From IMG/VR virus record IMGVR_UViG_3300032893_000003, positions 78,633-142,632 of that record: a stretch of 64,000 nt of DNA; one strand, given 5' to 3'. Of the stretch, positions 44,712 through 52,148 are shown piece by piece. This DNA is from a virus. Lineage: Duplodnaviria; Heunggongvirae; Uroviricota; Caudoviricetes. The number at the start of each line of letters is the position of its first letter. Position 1 is the first letter of the stretch. The notes beneath the pieces were generated by a model. The model did not search any database, was not told the origin of the DNA, and saw nothing but the letters and a program-made list of their open reading frames with translations. Made by a program: the position numbers and the translations under genes.

Positions 44712-44919
44712 TCCGGTAAACTCGCCAAAACACTATACGTCACATCCATCAGGGATTGAATGCATTCAAGTTACGAGGCACATGGGATTTAATCTCGGGA
44801 ATGCCTTCAAATACATCTGGCGTGCTGATCTTAAAAACGGAGTCGAAGATCTTAAGAAAGCTATTTGGTACATCAATGACGAGATTGAAAAAAGAGAAGG
44901 TAAGAATGGAGCCGTTTAA
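44701..44919 (+). CDS. hypothetical protein
   Basis: 72-aa ORF. Confidence 0.4.
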   Translation: MENDPVNSPKHYTSHPSGIECIQVTRHMGFNLGNAFKYIWRADLKNGVEDLKKAIWYINDEIEKREGKNGAV

Positions 44920-45238
44920 TGGTTTAACTCCTGCGCAAGTGGAACGTCTTGCGGTCCTTAGCGAGGAGCTAGGTGAGGCGCAACAGCGTGTTGGCAAGAT
45001 CTTAAGACATGGCTATACCCGTTCGAAAAAGGTCGTAAACAACCGCGAACAGCTGGAGATTGAACTTGGAGACGTAATGGCAGCCATTTCAGTTCTTGTG
45101 CGATATCAGGATCTGAGACTGGGCCGCATACGGGATCGTAAACATCACAAGCTTCAAACTGTTTGGGATTATTTGCATCACAACAAGAAAGAAGATGTCT
45201 ATGTATCAGAGGATGAAGGACGGCCTGATAACCTATAG
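44906..45238 (+). CDS. MazG-like nucleotide pyrophosphohydrolase (paralog 2)
   Basis: Starts MEPFNGLTPAQVERLAVLSEELGEAQQRVGKILRHGY and contains ELGDV. The tool ORF begins at 44756, but the ATG at 44906 has RBS GAAGGTAAG. It is a paralog of the 18266-18607 gene. Confidence 0.6.
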   Translation: MEPFNGLTPAQVERLAVLSEELGEAQQRVGKILRHGYTRSKKVVNNREQLEIELGDVMAAISVLVRYQDLRLGRIRDRKHHKLQTVWDYLHHNKKEDVYVSEDEGRPDNL

Positions 45239-45434
45239 CAATGGACGGCTATGGGGCGCTGCTGGCGGCCAGCTCGAATACGTCTCGCAAGAGATCGTGC
45301 TTGATCCTGTGCTTGGGCAATTTGTGATGCTCATCAAGTTTACTGATCATGATCACAGTTTTAACAATCCAGAAGATGCGCCCGACCTCGTTGAAGGGCG
45401 CTACTATGTTCTGGAAGTTCCACTTGCGGAGTAG
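45195..45434 (+). CDS. hypothetical protein
   Basis: 79-aa ORF. Confidence 0.4.
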   Translation: MSMYQRMKDGLITYSNGRLWGAAGGQLEYVSQEIVLDPVLGQFVMLIKFTDHDHSFNNPEDAPDLVEGRYYVLEVPLAE

Positions 45435-45438
45435 ATTT

Positions 45439-45717
45439 ATGAAAAAAGCTAAAAGAGAAGTGTGGCTAGAGGTGAGGCAAGATGGCACGTACGTCGAAGT
45501 TCACGACAAGCCAGAGAAGACTTATAAAGACAATGATTTGATTAAACTTGTGGACGCTGAGTCCTTTGATAAGTTGGCAGCCGAAAACTGGGTTCTACAC
45601 GACACGAATCTTCGGACATATGACGGCATGGCAAGGAGAGCAGACAAGTACGACAAAGTCATGAGGCTCTTAGTGAAACTTGCAGAAGACATCAACAAAA
45701 TTTCGGAGGAAAAATGA
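45439..45717 (+). CDS. hypothetical protein
   Basis: Starts at the ATG of MKKAKREVWLEV... The tool start at 45349 lies upstream in the same frame. Confidence 0.45.
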   Translation: MKKAKREVWLEVRQDGTYVEVHDKPEKTYKDNDLIKLVDAESFDKLAAENWVLHDTNLRTYDGMARRADKYDKVMRLLVKLAEDINKISEEK

Positions 45718-46166
45718 AGCAAAAGGCTATAATTTGCGATCTCGATGGGACGCTTTTTGACATCAGACACCGCGAACATTTGGCGCGAGAGAAGAAGTGG
45801 GATGAATTTCACGCTGCCATGATCAACGATACTCCGCATAACTGGTGTGCGCAGCTCATTAGAACTTTCTGTTTTTCCGATGTGGCTGGTATGTTTGATG
45901 TGCTCTATGTTACCGGTCGGCCAGAAAAATACCGCGAAACTTCTGCGGAAGTTCTCCGGCTTCATCGCCTAGACCTGCACGAAGCTCTTTTCATGCGCAA
46001 GGATAACGATTTTCGCAAAGACGCGGTTGTGAAGACAGAAATCTACAATGAGCACATCAAAGATAAATACGATATCTTATTTTGCCTTGAAGACCGCAAG
46101 CAGGCTGTCGATGCTTGGCGGGCGTTGGGGCTTACTTGCTTGCAATGTGCGGAAGGGGATTTTTAA
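45714..46166 (+). CDS. HAD-superfamily phosphatase
   Basis: The N-terminal AIICDLDGTLFD matches HAD motif I (DxDGT). Confidence 0.65.
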   Translation: MKQKAIICDLDGTLFDIRHREHLAREKKWDEFHAAMINDTPHNWCAQLIRTFCFSDVAGMFDVLYVTGRPEKYRETSAEVLRLHRLDLHEALFMRKDNDFRKDAVVKTEIYNEHIKDKYDILFCLEDRKQAVDAWRALGLTCLQCAEGDF

Positions 46167-47141
46167 GTGATTGCGCTAGCGGTCAGCTCGGCGTGGCCGC
46201 GGTACCACGCTTCATCACCGTTTCTAAATCTCTTCAATGCCATACACCCTAAGTTTTTGCCATGCCACGCCTTGCCGCACGAGGTGGCTAGCCCCGAGTA
46301 TCAGGCGAAGGTTAATTCTTGCAGTGCCTTGGTAGTTGACGATGTTCTTTCACAACATATGGGTTTTTACAAGAACGGCCCAAAGCTCATGATTGGCGGT
46401 GACCCGCATGCACATAGACCGGACCAGGTTGAAAGGCTTACCAAAGAATATAACTGTGTCGATTACGTTCTCACAGGGGCTGTATTTAGTAGGAAGCTTA
46501 AAGACAAGTATCTCTATCCGGCTGATGAGCTTTGGAATAAGCACGTTTATTTTCCGCACATGGTTCCGGACACATTGCCAAGTGGTCTAACAAACTGGAC
46601 TGCGCGCGCTGACAGAGTACTTCTCTCAGGGGACCTATCTGAAGCTGTATACCCTTACAGATATGCGTGTGCTCAGCTCGCGAAGACAGCGCATTCCCCG
46701 CTGGAAGTGCTGGGGCGAAACGACTTCCATCACACGAAGTACTTTGAAAAGCTTGCGCAATATAAGGCAGCGACGACGTGCACATCTATTTTTAGATATA
46801 TGGTGGCTAAGTACCTTGAGATCCCGTGGGTTGGTACAGTTCTAATGGCACCCAGACCCATCACCGATGAATGTGTGCTTATGGGCTTTGAGGATTGTGT
46901 CAATGTCATTTGGTGTGAAATGCCGGAGGAAGTGCCGCTTCATTTTAAAAAGATGCTTCCACTTCTCGAAGAGGTTGGGGAAGCAGGATCTAAGCTCATG
47001 CGCGAGCATCATACGACAACAAGAAGGCTTGACTACATTGTCCATCTCGTTGACCGTATAAATAAAGGCGGTTTTGTGCCAGAAGACGCAAAACAGCTTT
47101 TCTTAGACTTGCGCAAAGGAGCTGTGCATGCACTTCCCTGA
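46167..47141 (+). CDS. hypothetical protein (324 aa); a GT-B-like C-terminal half is possible
   Basis: The start is GTG. The C-terminal YMVAKYLEIPWVGTVLMAP weakly resembles the nucleotide-sugar-binding segment of GT-B glycosyltransferases. Weak evidence. Confidence 0.45.
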   Translation: MIALAVSSAWPRYHASSPFLNLFNAIHPKFLPCHALPHEVASPEYQAKVNSCSALVVDDVLSQHMGFYKNGPKLMIGGDPHAHRPDQVERLTKEYNCVDYVLTGAVFSRKLKDKYLYPADELWNKHVYFPHMVPDTLPSGLTNWTARADRVLLSGDLSEAVYPYRYACAQLAKTAHSPLEVLGRNDFHHTKYFEKLAQYKAATTCTSIFRYMVAKYLEIPWVGTVLMAPRPITDECVLMGFEDCVNVIWCEMPEEVPLHFKKMLPLLEEVGEAGSKLMREHHTTTRRLDYIVHLVDRINKGGFVPEDAKQLFLDLRKGAVHALP

Positions 47142-47763
47142 TGATTTTTTCCCAGGCAATCATATCCATGAAACGGCTGTTATCTCAACAGGTGCTCAGA
47201 TAGGGACTGGAAACATAATTGGTCCCTACTGCTACATTGGGTCTGAAGTTACGATCGGCAACAACAACCACTTTTTTGGTTATGTCTCAATCGGCATGAC
47301 GGCTGAACATAGAGATTATTTTAACAGTCCTGGTGAAGTTGTGATTGGAAATTCTAATGTGGTGCGGGAATTTGTGACAATTAATTCATCCACAAAGGGC
47401 GTTACAAAGATGGGGAATGGCTGCACCATGCTTCGGGGCAGCCATTTGAGCCATGATTCAGTTCTTGAAGATCGCGTGACAGTGTCATGTAACGTTTTAA
47501 TTGGCGGGGAGTCTTACATCATGGAAGGAGCTAATCTGGGATTAGGAGCGGTTCTTCATCAGTATCAGGTTATTGGCGCTTACGCGATGCTTGGGATGGG
47601 TGCTGTCGTTCCTAAAAAGACCGATATTCTGCCTGGTCAGATCTATGCTGGGAATCCCGCTAAATTTTTAAAACGAAACGAAATTGGGCTTGAACGAAAC
47701 AAGATATCAGCCCAGCTTCTGGCAGAACTAACTGATAAATATTGGAAACTCAGGAGAAAATAA
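47128..47763 (+). CDS. left-handed beta-helix hexapeptide-repeat acyltransferase, LpxA-like
   Basis: Contains IHETAVISTGAQIGTGNIIGPYCYIGSEVTIGNNNHFFGYVSIG as hexapeptide repeats, in a pattern like the LpxA N-terminus. Confidence 0.65.
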   Translation: MHFPDDFFPGNHIHETAVISTGAQIGTGNIIGPYCYIGSEVTIGNNNHFFGYVSIGMTAEHRDYFNSPGEVVIGNSNVVREFVTINSSTKGVTKMGNGCTMLRGSHLSHDSVLEDRVTVSCNVLIGGESYIMEGANLGLGAVLHQYQVIGAYAMLGMGAVVPKKTDILPGQIYAGNPAKFLKRNEIGLERNKISAQLLAELTDKYWKLRRK

Positions 47764-47764
47764 A

Positions 47765-48505
47765 ATGGAAGAATATTTTGTGGTCGCAGATATTGCGGGG
47801 CAGTTTGACGCCCTTCAAAGACTTGTAAAGCGTGTGCCAGAGACAACGCCCATCATTCTTGTTGGGGACCTTGTTGACCGCGGGCATGAATCTTACGAGG
47901 TTGTGGATTGGGCGATGAAGACCCCAAGGGTTACGAGTCTGCTGGGGAATCACGAACACATGATGTGGGACTATTACACTAATTACGGATCTAAAACCTT
48001 TTATGATGATATTGAGGGGCAACCGTGCTGGCTTTACTGTGGACAAAACGGCAATAACGGAGGGGGAGCTACGAGAGCCTCATATTCTAGGAATGGCTTT
48101 AAGCGCCCTCCCCAGGAACACCTTGATTGGATTATAAGCCGCCCACTTCATTTTCAAACGGAAGATAAGAAGATGGTTGTTACTCACGCGCCGATTCTAG
48201 CTGGCGAGACGTTGGAGTCAGCCCTTCAGAAGACGGCTGAGTTTGTAAAGAACGGCGGGTACCGCCACGCGGATGGATCCTTAATATGGAATAGGACCCC
48301 TCCTACACACAAACCATATTTACAGATTTTTGGTCACAACTCGTATTGGGGTTTGCAACCCTTCTACAGCAAGGATGACGAGGCTGTCGGGGATATCTAT
48401 GCTTTGTGCATAGATCAGTCAGGAAAGGGTATTTTAACAGGTTTTCACTGGCCAACCTACGAAATTCTAGAAGAGCACTACCTCGCAAGCGATAACCCAA
48501 AATAA
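47765..48505 (+). CDS. lambda-PPase-like Ser/Thr protein phosphatase (PPP-family metallophosphoesterase)
   Basis: Contains GDLVDRGHESYEVVDW, LLGNHEHMMWDYY and NGGG, closely paralleling lambda PPase (GDLVDRGAENVECLEL, RGNHEQMMIDG, LLNGGG). Confidence 0.75.
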   Translation: MEEYFVVADIAGQFDALQRLVKRVPETTPIILVGDLVDRGHESYEVVDWAMKTPRVTSLLGNHEHMMWDYYTNYGSKTFYDDIEGQPCWLYCGQNGNNGGGATRASYSRNGFKRPPQEHLDWIISRPLHFQTEDKKMVVTHAPILAGETLESALQKTAEFVKNGGYRHADGSLIWNRTPPTHKPYLQIFGHNSYWGLQPFYSKDDEAVGDIYALCIDQSGKGILTGFHWPTYEILEEHYLASDNPK

Positions 48506-48525
48506 TCTGGTCTTGTTTAGAAGAT

Positions 48526-48556
48526 AGAGACCTTTCATAATTTATGAAGGGTCTCT
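48526..48556. promoter_or_regulatory. 15-bp-arm inverted repeat (AGAGACCTTTCATAA-T-TTATGAAGGGTCTCT, 1 mismatch) ending 5 nt before the metalloprotease start codon
   Basis: The hairpin would sequester the region immediately 5' of ATG 48561. No T-run follows it, so it is not a classical terminator. Confidence 0.4.
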
Positions 48557-48560
48557 GAAA

Positions 48561-49115
48561 ATGAAGATTTTATTGTTCATTTTATTCTTCGCCTTGCCCG
48601 CCGAGGCTCAATGGAGCGTTGATCAAAACCTAAGATCTTACGCTGAAGACTTTATTGGAGACAGCCACGGTATGCTTCGTGATGGCGATCTTGATCACGT
48701 ACACTTTAAATTTGAAAAGCTAGGTTACGATGTGAAACTGGGTTCTGGCATTATCGGGATGTGCTATCGCACAATCTTTTCCGACAACTTTACGATCGGC
48801 ATTGACCCTGACTACTGGAACAACGCCTACACTTGGGAGGATGACAGATGGCAGCTTATGTATCACGAACTCGGGCACTGCATGTGCAATCTCGAACACC
48901 CCATCGATTCAGAGCCATTAAAGTTCATCGAATTTTTAGGAAGGTACGGCATAAAACATAACCGCTACAAAATGTTCTTCGACGGCTGTCCCATGACTCT
49001 CATGCACCCGATTAACGTCGAGCATTACTGCCTCAACAACCACAGGGAATATTACGTTAAGGAAATCTTCAAGCATTGCAGGGTCTTACGAACTTCTGAC
49101 TTCTCCACTGATTAG
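48561..49115 (+). CDS. secreted zinc metalloprotease-like protein (HExxH)
   Basis: The signal peptide MKILLFILFFALPAEAQ is followed by MYHELGHCM (HExxH) with downstream His and Cys residues. Confidence 0.6.
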   Translation: MKILLFILFFALPAEAQWSVDQNLRSYAEDFIGDSHGMLRDGDLDHVHFKFEKLGYDVKLGSGIIGMCYRTIFSDNFTIGIDPDYWNNAYTWEDDRWQLMYHELGHCMCNLEHPIDSEPLKFIEFLGRYGIKHNRYKMFFDGCPMTLMHPINVEHYCLNNHREYYVKEIFKHCRVLRTSDFSTD

Positions 49116-49209
49116 TGGGTGCCTTTTTTATTTAGCTATTATATGATGGCTCTAATTAGCTCTCTTAAAAACGCGGACCGAGAGCGCCGCATACAAAAAG
49201 GAGGCCACA

Positions 49210-50007
49210 ATGGCTGGATACGAACAACCTGGCTTTATTGCCACTATCATCGGACCTGATGGTAGACCAATCAGGGAACACAACGAAAACGGACGACGAG
49301 TCGCAAGACTCCCTTTTGGCAGCGAATATAAAGTTCGTCTGCAAAATAAAAGTCTGCTTCGTGCGCTTGTCGGAGTCGAGATCGACGGCACTAATGTCAC
49401 ATCTGCTGGCAAGATTATCTTGCATGCGGGGGAGTCGGTCGACCTTGAGCGGTTCTTAGAGAACCTAAACGGCGGATCTAAATTCAAATTTGTGGAAGCT
49501 TCAAACGGGGCGGTTCAGGATCCGACAGCTATGGAGAATGGTCGGATTCGCGTGACATTCGAAGGGGAGCTGCTAGTTACTACAGCTTGGTGCCCGCCGA
49601 TACAGCCAAGCTGCTCCGGTGTCTTGCGGGGTATGGGCTTTTACGGTGCCGTTAATAACACGGCCTATATCAGCAGCACTTCGGCTAAAGGGATGACCAG
49701 CAGTACGCAGGCTTGTGTGAATAGCTCTGCGCCTATCATGGACGCCTTCCCATCTGACGCGGGTGCCACAGTCGACGGCGGCCACAGCTCGCAGCAGTTT
49801 AACTCATCTAACGAGTACTTCCCTGTCAATGCCCCGATCTATATCGATCTCTGGCTCAAAGGGCTGCAGCCCGTACTGTATAATGTCTGCCGACAAGGAA
49901 GCGGCATTCAGGTGAACGGCCACTACTTCGAGCACGGGTCTGTGACGATTGAAGGCGGTAAAGTTCGCATTGAACTTCCGGCTGATAAGACGAGCGTCAG
50001 GCTCTAA
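49210..50007 (+). CDS. hypothetical protein (265 aa)
   Basis: RBS AAAGGAGG. Intact ORF; the last gene of the plus block. Confidence 0.55.
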   Translation: MAGYEQPGFIATIIGPDGRPIREHNENGRRVARLPFGSEYKVRLQNKSLLRALVGVEIDGTNVTSAGKIILHAGESVDLERFLENLNGGSKFKFVEASNGAVQDPTAMENGRIRVTFEGELLVTTAWCPPIQPSCSGVLRGMGFYGAVNNTAYISSTSAKGMTSSTQACVNSSAPIMDAFPSDAGATVDGGHSSQQFNSSNEYFPVNAPIYIDLWLKGLQPVLYNVCRQGSGIQVNGHYFEHGSVTIEGGKVRIELPADKTSVRL

Positions 50008-50012
50008 TAGTT

Positions 50013-50044
50013 AAAAAAAGGGAAGACCCCGCGATTAAGCGGGG
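50013..50044. terminator. terminator-like hairpin between convergent genes
   Basis: An A7 run precedes the stem CCCCGC/GCGGGG (loop GATTAA, which contains the stop of the minus-strand gene). On the minus strand this is followed by CTTCCCTTTTTTT. Confidence 0.5.
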
Positions 50045-50901
50045 GTTTCCTCAAGCAACAGCTTTTTATCATGATGGATACCAGTAACCTGACAGAAGAT
50101 CGCGTTTAAGCGATCGAGACGGCCAAGCCTCTTGGTGTCTTGAATCTTCGTCAGTTTGTGCGTTAAAACGTTTGTGAAGTTATTGTAGTAGCTCCAGAAC
50201 GTCTGCGGTTGGCAGCCTAAGTTTGGATCGAGGACATCGCTATGATCTTTGATCGTTTTCTTGGCCACAACTTGGAACTTAAGCGCGCTATCAAGGATCG
50301 CTTCTTTAGCTTCCTCGTTAACGTCCCTGTCAGCCCACGTGCGCCAGACATTGCCAGCTCCACGGAAAAGCTCAAGGACAGAGTCGGGATCTGGAAATTT
50401 AAGCTCTGAATTTTTAAGGTGTGGGAAACTCAGTTCAAGCTCGCCTCCTGGGATTGTCATGCCATTTAAGCAGCGTAAAACCATCCCGCCGATTTTTACA
50501 ATACGGGAGCTGGTGCCGTCATAGGTATTGATGAATGAAATGCGCAAGTTAACGATATCGCCAACCTTACGGTTTTCGACCTTTATCTTTTCTTTTGGAA
50601 AAGTGCTCGTCATAACAAAGCGCAGACCGTCACGCTCAATAGCTTTTGTTTGTGTCTGATCACCAAAGTGATGAAGAAAGTCATTAGCTGCGTCATACAT
50701 CTGGCTGTGAGTGAAAAGATCATAACGACTTTTGACCACCGATAAGGGTTGGTCATTGTCGGTGCGCACGACACTCTTAGCGCCTTTGATGAGCTTTCCA
50801 TGCTGAGTGTAGACATCCTGAAGTTCAACTGGAAAATCGAATTTTACTGCTTTTGCTGCTTCCATTTTTATATCTCCTTTATGGTTTAAAATTTTGTCCA
50901 A
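50035..50901 (-). CDS. DUF932-family protein (phage/plasmid-related)
   Basis: 288 aa with SFINTYDGTSSRIV matching the DUF932 motif (nSHDGSs-like). Confidence 0.6.
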   Translation of the reverse strand: MDKILNHKGDIKMEAAKAVKFDFPVELQDVYTQHGKLIKGAKSVVRTDNDQPLSVVKSRYDLFTHSQMYDAANDFLHHFGDQTQTKAIERDGLRFVMTSTFPKEKIKVENRKVGDIVNLRISFINTYDGTSSRIVKIGGMVLRCLNGMTIPGGELELSFPHLKNSELKFPDPDSVLELFRGAGNVWRTWADRDVNEEAKEAILDSALKFQVVAKKTIKDHSDVLDPNLGCQPQTFWSYYNNFTNVLTHKLTKIQDTKRLGRLDRLNAIFCQVTGIHHDKKLLLEETPA

Positions 50902-51118
50902 GTACTAATCTTGCTATGGCTTTCGCCCCTTCTTCATTCACGAAGAAGTGAAAGTCTTCACCAACGGCAGACTCAAAGGTGAGTCCCATCGGCGTCTTTG
51001 ATATTTTGGAATAATCTCTGCGCACTTTGATGTCACCCATCTGTACAAAAGGGATTGTTTCATCTAAGCCGTCGTTATTATCGTTTGCGTCGTTCATGTG
51101 TGTCCTTCCACTTTCCAA
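50879..51118 (-). CDS. hypothetical protein
   Basis: 79-aa ORF. Confidence 0.45.
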   Translation of the reverse strand: MESGRTHMNDANDNNDGLDETIPFVQMGDIKVRRDYSKISKTPMGLTFESAVGEDFHFFVNEEGAKAIARLVLGQNFKP

Positions 51119-51408
51119 TGCCCGTTATCCTTAAGCCATTTATTTAGCTCAAGATTATTTGCGCACCTAGAGCGGTGCTTTTCATCACGCTTATACTTTA
51201 AAAAATTTCTTGCCGTCTCTTCACTTCCAGTAGCGATCACCTCTTCGTAGCCTGCGATATCCGCTTCGAGATGGGCGCGTTCGTCTGGAGTTTTGTTCTG
51301 GTTGCGATACGATATTAATTGGAGTCGGAAGTGTTGAAACATCCCTAAAGTTCCGTCGTATTCTTTGCCAGCATCGCCGAAAGGGCTTTCTTCGATCTTT
51401 ATTTTCAT
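51094..51408 (-). CDS. hypothetical protein
   Basis: 104-aa ORF. Confidence 0.45.
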   Translation of the reverse strand: MKIKIEESPFGDAGKEYDGTLGMFQHFRLQLISYRNQNKTPDERAHLEADIAGYEEVIATGSEETARNFLKYKRDEKHRSRCANNLELNKWLKDNGHWKVEGHT

Positions 51409-51620
51409 TAGGACTCCTTTTTAGATAAGCACAATGAGCGTTTCACCAGACAGGTTGCGAACCCAAGTACTGGCTTTCGCTAGTGAGTTTTTCTGGTTCT
51501 CTCCGCTTAAAACGTAAGCGCTAAGAGTCAGCTTCACCACAGGACTTGCGAAGTCCCTGTGCGGATCGCATCCGCGTCAGCACTCCGGTTACTCCGCCCA
51601 CTGTGCCAAATAGTTTCATT

Positions 51621-51655
51621 TAAAAAAGGCCGGCCTCTTGGACGAGAGACCGGCC
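51621..51655 (-). terminator. rho-independent terminator
   Basis: The hairpin GGCCGG-C-CTCT-TGGACG-AGAG-A-CCGGCC is followed on the minus strand by TTTTTTAAATG. It lies 18 nt downstream of the 51673-51903 gene. Confidence 0.65.
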
Positions 51656-51672
51656 AACCTTTGAAGGGAAGT

Positions 51673-51903
51673 TTACGGAGCTTCGGAAGCAACTCGAAGT
51701 TCCGTTTTAGTACCGGGTAAATACCCTATACCAAACTCGGTTTCATTGATACCTATCTTAAGCCACGGGCCGCCGTCGCTTGAACCATAATCCACATAGA
51801 ATTGGATCTTATGGTGGCAAGGGACGCGGTTTTCAACCACACTAAACGTCGTCCTTGTGTTTCGGTTGATATGTTTTGTTTCTTGGGATGCTGCAGTAGA
51901 CAT
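51673..51903 (-). CDS. hypothetical protein
   Basis: 76-aa ORF. Confidence 0.45.
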   Translation of the reverse strand: MSTAASQETKHINRNTRTTFSVVENRVPCHHKIQFYVDYGSSDGGPWLKIGINETEFGIGYLPGTKTELRVASEAP

Positions 51904-51940
51904 AATGTCACCTCCTGCAGCCCTTATACGACTAAATGGG

Positions 51941-52138
51941 CTATTTTTGCCTACCCCTTTGATAGGGGAAGCGGGTGTTTAGCCCGAAGCGTTTTATCCA
52001 GTTTCTGACCGTTCTGACTGATACCCCTAAGATCTCAGCTGCGCGCGTCCGGTTGCCCCTTGTCTCGATCAGGGCCCGCTCCGCGGCCTTCTTTCTGATA
52101 TCCGCTATCTTAAGGTTTGTTGTCTTCTCCATGGTCAT
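51941..52138 (-). CDS. Fis-type (HTH_8) small DNA-binding protein, paralog 2
   Basis: The C-terminal ERALIETRGNRTRAAEILGVSVRTVRNWIKRFGLN is a Fis/NtrC-type HTH. The tool start at 52174 runs through motif copy C, so I used the ATGACCATG at about 52138. Confidence 0.6.
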   Translation of the reverse strand: MTMEKTTNLKIADIRKKAAERALIETRGNRTRAAEILGVSVRTVRNWIKRFGLNTRFPYQRGRQK

Positions 52139-52148
52139 AGGGAATAGC

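Noticed and set aside
46167-48505. A complete LpxA-LpxB-LpxH-like lipid A mini-pathway
   Set aside because: Only the hexapeptide acyltransferase is LpxA-like with reasonable support. The phosphatase matches lambda PPase motifs (GDLVDRG, GNHE, NGGG) far better than LpxH, and the GT-B resemblance of 46167-47141 is weak.
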